Shown here piece after piece: positions 1 to 7,708 of a stretch of 50,335 nt of DNA. The stretch is from a virus (Duplodnaviria; Caudoviricetes). The notes under the pieces are model-generated. The model did not search any database and had not been told where the DNA came from. It saw only the letters and a program-made list of their open reading frames with translations. The translations under genes and the position numbers were made by a program. The stretch's first letter is position 1, and each line of letters opens with the position of its first letter. The stretch is from the IMG/VR virus record IMGVR_UViG_3300042470_000725, positions 1-50,335 of that record; one strand, given 5' to 3'.

Positions 1-127
1 CAAGCGCTGGCAATGGGTGATCCTGTCGCCCGCGACGCGCCCGACGGCCTCAAAGCCGAAGCCCTCGCCACCGTCCAGTAAAGAGGTTTCCGTATGGACT
101 CCCTTCCGGGAGCGCTCGCGGCGTTGG
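1..127. repeat. Terminal direct repeat (identical to 50209-50335); circular assembly overlap
   Basis: The first 127 nt (caagcgctggca...gcggcgttggc) recur at the end of the window. The overlap falls inside coding sequence and 127 is a common assembler k-mer. Confidence 0.95.
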
Positions 128-2427
128 CGGCGAGTGCGCAATTTGTCACGTGGTACGCCTACCCGTCCGCCACGCGGCCGGGAAAGATGGATAAGATTCC
201 GACGCTTTGGCATAGCGGCGCGCCCTGTAACGCGCACGAGCCGGGCAATTGGACAGACGCGGCGACCGCCGTCGCGACGCAGCACCTAGCCGATCGCGGT
301 CACGGCGCGGGCATCGGCTTTGTCTTTACCGACGCGGATCCATTCTTCTGCTGCGACGTTGACGGCGCGCACGACGGGACCGATTGGTCGCCTTTAGCGC
401 TCGAGCTGGTCGGAAGGTTCCCGGGCGCGGCCGTGGAAGTCTCGCACTCCGGCCGTGGCCTGCACATTATCGGCCGGCTCACCGGGGCCCCGCCGCCGCA
501 CAGTACGAAGAACGTCGGGCTCAATATGGAGCTCTACACGGCGCGCCGCTTTATCGCGCTCACCGGGACGCACGCGCACGGCGACGCCGGCACGGACCAT
601 ACCGCCGCCTTTGCCGCCACCGTCGCCCAATACTTCGCGCCGACGGCCGGGACGGGGGTCACGGCGGGCGAGTGGACAACCGGCCCCGTGGCGGAATGGG
701 GCGGGCCCGAAGACGACGAGACCTTGATAGCCCGTGCCCTAAAGGCGAGCGACAACAGCTCGCGGGCAGTCTTCGGCGGGCAGGGATACACGTTCCGCCA
801 GCTCTGGACGGCGGACGTACCGCACGACGCCCGGAGCGAGTGCGATCAAGCCCTAGCCGGGCACTTGGCATTCTGGACGGGCAAAGACTGCGCACGGATT
901 GAACGGCTCATGAGAGCGTCGCCGTCGTACCGGGATAAATGGGACTCGCCGGCCCATGCCAACTATCTCGCGACCACGATCCTCAAAGCCTGCAGCTACG
1001 TGACCAACGTCGCCGTCGATCTCCGGGCGGCGCGGGCGTCGGATCCAGACGGGCCCGGGGACTTTGTCGACCCGTCGCAACAGCTCGCGTTTTTTGACGG
1101 ATGCACGTACATTCTGCAGGAGCTCGAGATTTACGACGCCAAGCGCAACCGGCTCATGAATCGCGAGGCGTTTGACGTGTTGTTTGGCGGCCGGGTGTTT
1201 GTCATAGACGCGGCCGGCGAGAAGGTGAGCGACAGCGCGTACAAGTGCTTGACGCAGTCGCGCGTTAACCGCCCCCGCATCGTCGACGACCTTTGCTTCC
1301 GGCCCGGGCTGGCGACTGGCGAGATCGTCCGGGAAGGGCCGTGGTCGGCCGTCAACACGTACGCCCCTTACGTCTGCGTCGCGACGCCCGGGGACGCCTC
1401 CCGTTGGCTTAGGCATCTTGCCCTAATGCTTCCCGACGCGGCCGATGCGCGGATTCTCATTGAGTACCTTGCGCGGGCCGTCCAATTCCCGGGCGTTAAA
1501 ATCCCGTGGTGGCCCGTGCTGCAGGGCGTCAAGGGTAACGGCAAGACACTTATCGCCGTCGTTATGGAGTACCTATTCGGCGAGACTTACACGTATCGAC
1601 CCAATACCGCCGCCCTTGCCCGTGACGGGATGAAATTTAACAAATGGCTGTCCCGCAAGTTATGGGTCACGCTTGACGAGCTCGCCCTGCACGACAAGCG
1701 GGGCTTCATGGAAGAGCTGAAGCCGATCGTTACCGAAGCCCGCGTGACCTATGAGGCGAAGGGCGTCGACCCGGTCATGGGCGACAATACCGCCAACGGG
1801 ATCATCTTGACGAACCACAAGGACGGCTTGCCGCTCACGGACGGGGAACGGCGATACGCGGTGTTTTATTGTGCGCAGCAAAGTGAAGCCGACCTTATCC
1901 GGGACGGCATGACGCAGGCGTATTTTGACGACTTCCTAGCGTGGCTGCAGGGCGGGGGCTTTGCGCACATAGCGCACTACCTGCAGACCTATCCGCTCCC
2001 GGCCGTGCTCCCCAATCGCGCGCCCAAGACGTCCGCCACGGCCGAAGCCATTACGCAGGGGCTAGGGACGGCGGAACAGCTCGTGCAGGACGCGATCGAA
2101 GAGGGGCGGCAAGGCTTTGCGGGCGGATGGGTCTCGAGCCACTATCTCGACCTACTGCTGGACGCGCGGCGCATCAAGATACCCCTAAACAAGCGGCGCG
2201 GCATGATGCAATCGCTTGGCTTCGACTGGCATCCTTGCCTCCCTGACGGCCGCGTTCATGAGCCCGTCGCCCCCGACGGCCGGCGGTCAAAGCTTTACGT
2301 CCGGCCCGGGCATCTATCCCTGCAGCTCACCGACCCGGCCGCCGTGGCGCGGGCCTATACGGCGGCTCAAACCGTGTCAGCGTTTGGCGCGGCGGGCGCG
2401 GTAATTAGTATCAATAATAACCGTTGA
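94..2427 (+). CDS. Primase-polymerase / SF3 (D5-like) helicase
   Basis: N-terminal prim-pol motifs (DVD; EVSHSGRGLH; ELY...RF), helical domain with LAFWTGKD, C-terminal Walker A GVKGNGKT and Walker B VTLDE. RBS agagg precedes the ATG. Confidence 0.9.
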   Translation: MDSLPGALAALAASAQFVTWYAYPSATRPGKMDKIPTLWHSGAPCNAHEPGNWTDAATAVATQHLADRGHGAGIGFVFTDADPFFCCDVDGAHDGTDWSPLALELVGRFPGAAVEVSHSGRGLHIIGRLTGAPPPHSTKNVGLNMELYTARRFIALTGTHAHGDAGTDHTAAFAATVAQYFAPTAGTGVTAGEWTTGPVAEWGGPEDDETLIARALKASDNSSRAVFGGQGYTFRQLWTADVPHDARSECDQALAGHLAFWTGKDCARIERLMRASPSYRDKWDSPAHANYLATTILKACSYVTNVAVDLRAARASDPDGPGDFVDPSQQLAFFDGCTYILQELEIYDAKRNRLMNREAFDVLFGGRVFVIDAAGEKVSDSAYKCLTQSRVNRPRIVDDLCFRPGLATGEIVREGPWSAVNTYAPYVCVATPGDASRWLRHLALMLPDAADARILIEYLARAVQFPGVKIPWWPVLQGVKGNGKTLIAVVMEYLFGETYTYRPNTAALARDGMKFNKWLSRKLWVTLDELALHDKRGFMEELKPIVTEARVTYEAKGVDPVMGDNTANGIILTNHKDGLPLTDGERRYAVFYCAQQSEADLIRDGMTQAYFDDFLAWLQGGGFAHIAHYLQTYPLPAVLPNRAPKTSATAEAITQGLGTAEQLVQDAIEEGRQGFAGGWVSSHYLDLLLDARRIKIPLNKRRGMMQSLGFDWHPCLPDGRVHEPVAPDGRRSKLYVRPGHLSLQLTDPAAVARAYTAAQTVSAFGAAGAVISINNNR

Positions 2428-2452
2428 CGGGGGCGTCATAAGCGCTTAGTGT
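2424..2452 (+). promoter_or_regulatory. Sigma70-type promoter with operator B (TTGACG-N4-CGTCAT)
   Basis: TTGACG-17nt-TAGTGT; palindrome 2424-2439; RBS gggagac before ATG 2481. Confidence 0.7.
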
Positions 2453-2480
2453 TCCCTTGCAAGACAGGGAGACAGAGACC

Positions 2481-3263
2481 ATGACGAACCGTTACGAAGA
2501 GAGACTTATCGCCCGGGCCGCACGGCTCGAGGCGCGCGCCGACAAACTGGCGGCGGAAGGGCACGCCCGGATTGACCGGGCCAAGGGCATCGCAAGCCAT
2601 ATCCCCTTCGGGCAGCCAATCCTTGTCGGACACCATTCCGAAGGCCGGGCGCGCCGGGACGCAGAGCGAATCCATACCAACTTCGACAAGGGCTTTCAGG
2701 CCCTCTCCGCAAGCAAGGCGGTCGCGGCCAAGGCTGCAGCGGTCGGGACGGGCGGAATCAGCTCCGATGATCCGGACGCCCTCGTGAAGCTCCGGGCAGA
2801 GCTGGCGGACGTCCAGAAGCGCCAAGAGCGCATGAAGGCGACCAACGTCACGATTCGCAAGCACAAGGCCGACCCGGTCCCGGCTCTGGTCGCCATGGGC
2901 TACAGCGAAGACAAGGCCCGGGCGCTGATCAAGCCGGACTTTTGCGGCCGGGTCGGATATCCCGACTACGCCCTGACGAACAACAGCGCCAACGGCCGGC
3001 GCATCGCAAAGCGGATTGCGCAGCTCGAGGCGAGGGCCGGGCAAGTCGAGAGCGTGACCGTCACGGCGGGGGTCCGCGTCGTTGAGAACGTCGACGACAA
3101 TCGCCTGCAGCTCTTCTTTCCGGACAAGCCGTCCGACGGTGTTCGCGCCGATCTCAAAGCCCGGGGCTTCCGCTGGTCGCCGACCGCCGGGGCATGGCAA
3201 CGCCAGCTCAACAACGCCGCCCGCTTCGCCGCAAAATGCGTGCTTGACCGGGTCGGGAATTAA
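2481..3263 (+). CDS. DUF3560-domain protein
   Basis: Signature IPFGQPILVGHHSEGRARRD and C-terminal DNRLQLFFPDKP...GFRWSP...AWQRQL. Start moved to ATG 2481 after the RBS. Confidence 0.85.
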   Translation: MTNRYEERLIARAARLEARADKLAAEGHARIDRAKGIASHIPFGQPILVGHHSEGRARRDAERIHTNFDKGFQALSASKAVAAKAAAVGTGGISSDDPDALVKLRAELADVQKRQERMKATNVTIRKHKADPVPALVAMGYSEDKARALIKPDFCGRVGYPDYALTNNSANGRRIAKRIAQLEARAGQVESVTVTAGVRVVENVDDNRLQLFFPDKPSDGVRADLKARGFRWSPTAGAWQRQLNNAARFAAKCVLDRVGN

Positions 3264-3275
3264 GCGTACAGATAA
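3244..3275 (+). promoter_or_regulatory. Promoter with operator A (TTA-N3-GTAC-N3-TAA)
   Basis: TTGACC-17nt-TACAGA; palindrome TTAAGCGTACAGATAA at 3260-3275. Confidence 0.75.
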
Positions 3276-3299
3276 CTCGCACTCAAGGGAGACAGCAAA

Positions 3300-3380
3300 A
3301 TGATCTGGTTTCTGGTTCTAGTCGTGGCGGCGGTCGCTTTCGCCGGCGCGGAAATTGCTTGGCGCGGGAGGGCCTTCTAA
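3300..3380 (+). CDS. Small single-TM protein (26 aa, MIWFLVLVVAAVAFAGAEIAWRGRAF)
   Basis: Not in the ORF track. RBS aagggagac upstream; TAATG overlap with the next gene; hydrophobic stretch. Confidence 0.7.
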   Translation: MIWFLVLVVAAVAFAGAEIAWRGRAF

Positions 3381-3568
3381 TGCGGGAAGAGCTGCAAGCC
3401 CTCGCACGGGATCTCGAGAAGTGCGACCTTGGCCTAGCCGTCGCCAAGGGCAAGCTGCGCAAGCGGTACGCCGCACACCGGGCCGCGTGCATGGCCCGGA
3501 TCAATGAGCTGGACCCGGTCGGGCCCGGCATGACGGACGAAGAGCTTTTGAGGGAGCTGCAGGCATGA
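3380..3568 (+). CDS. Hypothetical protein
   Basis: TAATG/ATGA coupling on both sides; helical composition. Confidence 0.7.
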   Translation: MREELQALARDLEKCDLGLAVAKGKLRKRYAAHRAACMARINELDPVGPGMTDEELLRELQA

Positions 3569-3756
3569 CCGACGAACAAATCAGATATCTCGCGCGGCGA
3601 CTGGACAGCCGTTTAGGCTACGGGGTCTGGCGTCTCGAGTCATGGATACGCGAGGATCTGGCGGGAATGCCAGAGGATCCGGAGCTGCGCAAAACCCTGC
3701 AGGATGCCGCCAAGGCCCTGCAGGACGCCCGGGCGCGATTGGAGGCGCGCGCATGA
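3565..3756 (+). CDS. Hypothetical protein
   Basis: ATGA overlaps on both sides; RBS ggag. Confidence 0.7.
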   Translation: MTDEQIRYLARRLDSRLGYGVWRLESWIREDLAGMPEDPELRKTLQDAAKALQDARARLEARA

Positions 3757-3965
3757 TCACGTTCGAGCTGCGCACCGTCACGGGGCGCGTCATTGAGACC
3801 GTCGACCGGGCGGACCGGGCTAAGGAGCTGGCGACATACCATGCGGACCGTATCGGGATAACCGTCACGGTCTATAGGGTCACGGTTCGGGAGACCGCCA
3901 TATGCTCCGCGCCGGCCCGTATGCCCTACGCGCCTGCAGAGCCGGGCAGGAGCGCCACGCCATGA
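3753..3965 (+). CDS. Hypothetical protein (paralogue family 1/3)
   Basis: ATG 3753 after ggagg; similar to the next two ORFs. Confidence 0.7.
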   Translation: MITFELRTVTGRVIETVDRADRAKELATYHADRIGITVTVYRVTVRETAICSAPARMPYAPAEPGRSATP

Positions 3966-4171
3966 GCGGGCCCCTTGTGCGATACGAGCTTTGCGATCGC
4001 CTTGGCCGCGTCGTTGTGAGCACCCCGACTTTTGGTCTCGCCGTCGACGTCGCCAAGGCGATCGCCAATAAGGACGGCCAAGCCGTGACCATACGCGCCG
4101 CCCGGCCCGTAGCGGTCATTGTTCCGGATAGCTTGCCGTACGGGCCGGCACGGCGGGCGGTGACGATATGA
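3962..4171 (+). CDS. Hypothetical protein (paralogue family 2/3)
   Basis: ATGA overlap, RBS aggag. Confidence 0.7.
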   Translation: MSGPLVRYELCDRLGRVVVSTPTFGLAVDVAKAIANKDGQAVTIRAARPVAVIVPDSLPYGPARRAVTI

Positions 4172-4383
4172 GCGAGCGCCGGGTATTTTACGAAGTGCAT
4201 GAAGTTGGTTTCGGCATTCTCACTACGATCTATGTCGCCAATAGCGAGGCGCGGGCTCTCGAATACGCTACGGAAATGGCGAACCGACGACGGGCGACCA
4301 TGAAAGTCGTTCGCGTCGTGGCGCTCGCCGACGTGACCTTTACGGTCGCCCCGGACTATGGGCCGAAGCCCGAACCTAGATAG
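4168..4383 (+). CDS. Hypothetical protein (paralogue family 3/3)
   Basis: ATGA overlap. Confidence 0.65.
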   Translation: MSERRVFYEVHEVGFGILTTIYVANSEARALEYATEMANRRRATMKVVRVVALADVTFTVAPDYGPKPEPR

Positions 4384-5125
4384 GCCGCTTGCGGGGCACG
4401 CCGTAAGCATTGAGGCATGTCAGACACCCCCCGTGGCGCACGCTATGGGGGGTTTTACCATGAGTGGCGCATAGACCCTCAAAGCTCGTCAAACCCGCCC
4501 TACGGGCCGCCGCTCGCGCCGTGTCGGCATCCTGCACGCCCCGGACCATGCCGGCCGACGTAAAGCACGTGAGGCACTTCCCGTGGCGCACACTATGCGC
4601 CGTGTTGTCGTGGATTTCGCATCGGCCGACATAGGACGTCTTATGCTCCCGGCGCGCCACGGCCCGGGGATTGTCGTCCTGCAGGGGCCCGCCGGGCGTC
4701 TCGTACTCTCGAGGCGCGCCGCCAAAGGTAAAGCACTTGAGACATTTACCGTGGCGCACGCCGTAAGGCGTCGGGCCGTGACGCCGACAAAACCCGTCGT
4801 ACGTTTTGCGGCCCGCCGTCCGCGCTTTGAACCGCAGGCTGGTTTTGTCGATCGCCAGAGCCGCCCGGAACGTCCCGGCCGTCGTAAAGCACGTCAAACA
4901 TTTGCCGCTCGCGACGCTATGGGGGACGGTAATATGAATCGGACAGTAGTCGATATACGTCGGCAAATTAGCGGCGCGAGCCCGGGAACGGTCCGGGTTA
5001 ATTACTGGACGCCCGGGACTTGACGGATCGCACTCTAGGCATTTTCCCGTCTTGGTCCGGAAGCGCGTAATTCCATGCACGGCGCACACGTGGACAAATT
5101 GCCGTAACTTTCGCTCGCGGCTCAT
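4376..5125 (-). CDS. Protein with five tandem C-x2-H-x11-C-x2-C zinc-finger-like repeats
   Basis: Five repeats such as CEIHDNTAHSVRHGKCLTC. Start at ATG 5125 or 5155 is uncertain. Confidence 0.8.
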   Translation of the reverse strand: MSRERKLRQFVHVCAVHGITRFRTKTGKCLECDPSSPGRPVINPDRSRARAANLPTYIDYCPIHITVPHSVASGKCLTCFTTAGTFRAALAIDKTSLRFKARTAGRKTYDGFCRRHGPTPYGVRHGKCLKCFTFGGAPREYETPGGPLQDDNPRAVARREHKTSYVGRCEIHDNTAHSVRHGKCLTCFTSAGMVRGVQDADTARAAARRAGLTSFEGLCATHGKTPHSVRHGGCLTCLNAYGVPRKRPI

Positions 5126-5189
5126 GACGCGCGTTACGGCAAAAGAAAGCTGCATTGAGGCGATTTTCTGAATTAACGCCTCGTCGTCG

Positions 5190-5493
5190 TTGGTTCTGGA
5201 AATGGGAATTCTCCTGTATTTTCAATGGTCGCGGGACTTCCAGAACGAAACACGTCCTTAGCCGTTCGGCATAGATATATTAAGCGGTACGCATACTCGA
5301 TCCACATGCGTGTTGCAAGCACCGTGCACGCGTGCATGTGGAAGGATGATGCATACCCTTTAATATATCTATCAGAATTCCCTTAGAAGGTAAAAAGTGC
5401 TGGAAGTGCTGGAAGAGACGCTAAAAACCTAAGCAAAACAAGGCGTTGCGCGTTCCAGTACGTTCTGGAAGGTGCTGGAAGTGCTGGAAATGG
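5190..5493. other. Putative replication origin or packaging-initiation region
   Basis: AT-rich non-coding stretch; long imperfect inverted repeat 5271-5372; multiple CTGGAA repeats in both orientations. Confidence 0.5.
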
Positions 5494-5541
5494 CGTGACC
5501 CTCTTGCCGTGGCGGGCCGGGCGGGGCATTTAAGCTTCGTC

Positions 5542-6291
5542 ATGTTGACGGAAAAACAGGAAGCTTACGCACGGCATTACGCGCGGTTTGGCAATTCCGC
5601 CGCCGCGTACATGAGCGCCTATGCCGCCAAGGATTCCCTACCCTCAACAATTGCTAGCGAGGGCTCGCGGCTTCGGGCGCACCCAGCCGTAGCCGCAAGG
5701 ATAGCGGAATTACGGGAAGCGGCGACCGCAACGGCCGACGTGACCCTTGATCTCAAACAAATCTTCGCCAAGCTTTGCCTGCAGGTGGTGACGGACCCGC
5801 GCGAGCTCATGACGCTGCGCACCGGCAACTGTCGCTACTGCAATGGCGAAGCGTTTGCGTATCGTTGGCGCGATGGGCCCGAATATCAGAAGGCCCTTGT
5901 CGAGTGGCAACGTCTCGCTGAAAAGGGCGTGGTCGAAGATATGCCCGGCTGCGAAGGTGGCTTCGGGTGGCGGCCCTTTCATCCCCCGAATCCGGAATGC
6001 CCGGAGTGCGGCGGCGGCGGAACGGTCCATGGGTCGCACAAGGCTACGGACGAATACAGCCCGGGCGCGGCGGCCCTGTACGAAGGTTTCAAACAAACCG
6101 CGCACGGTATCGAGCTCAAGACGGCGGACCGTCAAAAGTCCATGGAAATGCTCGTGCGTATGCTTGGGGGCTTCGACGACAAGCTAGAGCTCAAGGGCCA
6201 ACTGGCGGCGACGATCAAGGCGGCGGTCGCGGTCGCCAGCGACCAACACACGGCCGCCAGCATGTACGCCGAAATGCTCAAAGGCCGTTGA
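5542..6291 (+). CDS. terS: Terminase small subunit with zinc-finger insertion
   Basis: N-terminal LTEKQEAYARHY...NSAAAY..AY HTH typical of TerS; CRYC...CPECGGGG insert; C-terminal GIELKTADRQKSMEML. Confidence 0.85.
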   Translation: MLTEKQEAYARHYARFGNSAAAYMSAYAAKDSLPSTIASEGSRLRAHPAVAARIAELREAATATADVTLDLKQIFAKLCLQVVTDPRELMTLRTGNCRYCNGEAFAYRWRDGPEYQKALVEWQRLAEKGVVEDMPGCEGGFGWRPFHPPNPECPECGGGGTVHGSHKATDEYSPGAAALYEGFKQTAHGIELKTADRQKSMEMLVRMLGGFDDKLELKGQLAATIKAAVAVASDQHTAASMYAEMLKGR

Positions 6292-6316
6292 CGCCCGCGT
6301 CATAACCGGCTAGCCG
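6288..6316 (+). promoter_or_regulatory. Promoter with operator B
   Basis: TTGACG-CCCG-CGTCAT (6288-6303); 17-nt spacer to TAGCCG; RBS gggagac at 6331. Confidence 0.65.
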
Positions 6317-6341
6317 TAGCGGACAGCAACGGGAGACTGCA

Positions 6342-6407
6342 ATGGTTTATGTTCCGCCCTATGGCCTAACCGCGTGGTGGGTGCGCTGGTACCGGGTGTT
6401 CAAATGA
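6342..6407 (+). CDS. Small peptide (21 aa, MVYVPPYGLTAWWVRWYRVFK)
   Basis: RBS gggagac; stop overlaps the gapR ATG (ATGA). Confidence 0.55.
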   Translation: MVYVPPYGLTAWWVRWYRVFK

Positions 6408-6679
6408 CGGACGGCGCGCACAACAGCGGGGACGTCATACCCCTTACGGCCGCGACGCAGCTCCGGACAATTCTCGAGCGCATCGAACGGCTCGAGGAGG
6501 ACAAGGCCGCCGTTATGGCGGATCTCAAGGAGGTTTACGCGGAAGCCAAAGGCAACGGCTTTGACGCGAAGATTCTCCGCAAAGTCGTGCGGCTGCGGAA
6601 ACAGGACAAGGCGAAGCGCGACGAAGAGCAAGCGCTTGTCGACCTGTACCTAGACGCGATCGACGGGGGCGACTCGTGA
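6404..6679 (+). CDS. gapR: GapR / DUF2312 nucleoid-associated protein
   Basis: QLRTILERIERLEEDK...KEVYAEAKGNGFDAKILRKVVRLRKQD...DLYL closely matches alphaproteobacterial GapR. Confidence 0.93.
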   Translation: MTDGAHNSGDVIPLTAATQLRTILERIERLEEDKAAVMADLKEVYAEAKGNGFDAKILRKVVRLRKQDKAKRDEEQALVDLYLDAIDGGDS

Positions 6680-6879
6680 GCCGGGGCCTGACGTCCCATC
6701 AACGCGCGGCCCTGCACGGTTTGTCGCTTGGCCCGGTCTTTGGGTCCGCCAAGCACCCGCAATACGTCGCTCTTGAGCGTCGCTGTCTGGCGACCCGGGA
6801 AGTCATGTCCAGCACCGTGATGATAGTACGCTGGACGATCACGCACGCCGGCCGCCAAGCGCTGCAGGCGGGCCAATGA
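6676..6879 (+). CDS. Hypothetical protein, possible winged helix
   Basis: LTSHQRAAL...ALERRCLA...ITHAGRQAL pattern; coupled genes. Confidence 0.6.
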   Translation: MSRGLTSHQRAALHGLSLGPVFGSAKHPQYVALERRCLATREVMSSTVMIVRWTITHAGRQALQAGQ

Positions 6880-7049
6880 GCGGCAAGAGCTACAAGCCGT
6901 GGGGAATGCGCCAAGACCAACGGCGCGCCTATCTAGCGCCCCCTACGCCCCCGCCAACGTGCCCCCGCTGCGAAACCCCCGCCACGGGCAAGCCGGGCGG
7001 GTGGTGGTGCGGCGAGTGCAGCGCGCCGGTCATAGGGCCGCGCCCATGA
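6876..7049 (+). CDS. Small zinc-ribbon protein (57 aa)
   Basis: Not in the ORF track. CPRC...WWCGEC; ATGA overlaps on both sides. Confidence 0.65.
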   Translation: MSGKSYKPWGMRQDQRRAYLAPPTPPPTCPRCETPATGKPGGWWCGECSAPVIGPRP

Positions 7050-7360
7050 GCGCGCGCTTTCCGCCGACGGGCGACACGCCCCTAGATCGGATCCGGCGCG
7101 AGTATGACTTGCCCCCTGCGACCGCGTCGCTCTTGCTCGCCTTCCTCGAGCACCCCCCGGGCGCGTTTATCCCCCGGCACGAGCTGGCAAAACACTTCGG
7201 CCGGGCGCACCGGGCCGAATGCGTCCAGCCTCAACTTGACCTTCTCCGCAAACGCGTCGACGCATGGGCGTTCCGCGCGCCCCGGGGGCGGCAGCCCAAC
7301 GGCCGCTGCGTCGGGATCGACCCGGCGCTACACGAGCGATTGCGCGAGCTGGTCTCTTGA
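7046..7360 (+). CDS. Winged-helix DNA-binding protein (OmpR/PhoB effector-like)
   Basis: LPPATASLLLAFLEHPPGAFIPRHELAKHF...LDLLRKRV resembles a stand-alone OmpR-type wHTH domain. Confidence 0.5.
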   Translation: MSARFPPTGDTPLDRIRREYDLPPATASLLLAFLEHPPGAFIPRHELAKHFGRAHRAECVQPQLDLLRKRVDAWAFRAPRGRQPNGRCVGIDPALHERLRELVS

Positions 7361-7366
7361 GGCATC

Positions 7367-7708
7367 TTGCCGCCGACTCAGGAGAGCGCGCGCGTGGCAA
7401 ACGGAATCCTTCAACCCCCTGAATTGCGCGGCGTCGGATCTCGTACGCACGTCCTGCCCGGCACGACCCGGACCTTTACCGGCACGAGCGCAGCGACCGC
7501 CGCGATCGACGCGGCCGAAGTGCTGCTCTACGCGACGCAAGCCTGTTGGGTGTACCCGGCGCAAGAGAGCACGGCCGCCGTCGTCGGGACGTCAATCCCG
7601 GTACCGGCCGGCATCCCGTTTTACATCCAGATTACGCCGGGCGACATCATCAACGTGGTCCGTGACGGCGCGGACGGTACGCTAACCATTATCGCGACGG
7701 CCCCGTAA
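7367..7708 (+). CDS. Putative virion accessory protein (small beta-sandwich, spike/fibre base-like)
   Basis: TTG start after gagg; beta-rich; coupled to a Gly-rich gene. Confidence 0.5.
   Translation: MPPTQESARVANGILQPPELRGVGSRTHVLPGTTRTFTGTSAATAAIDAAEVLLYATQACWVYPAQESTAAVVGTSIPVPAGIPFYIQITPGDIINVVRDGADGTLTIIATAP

Noticed and set aside
1-127. Biological terminal repeat
   Set aside because: The length equals a common assembler k-mer and it cuts through tetR and the primase start; best read as a circular overlap.
3260-3275. CtrA box (TTAA-N7-TTAA) in the operator A sites
   Set aside because: Only one TTAA half-site; the second does not match at N7 spacing.
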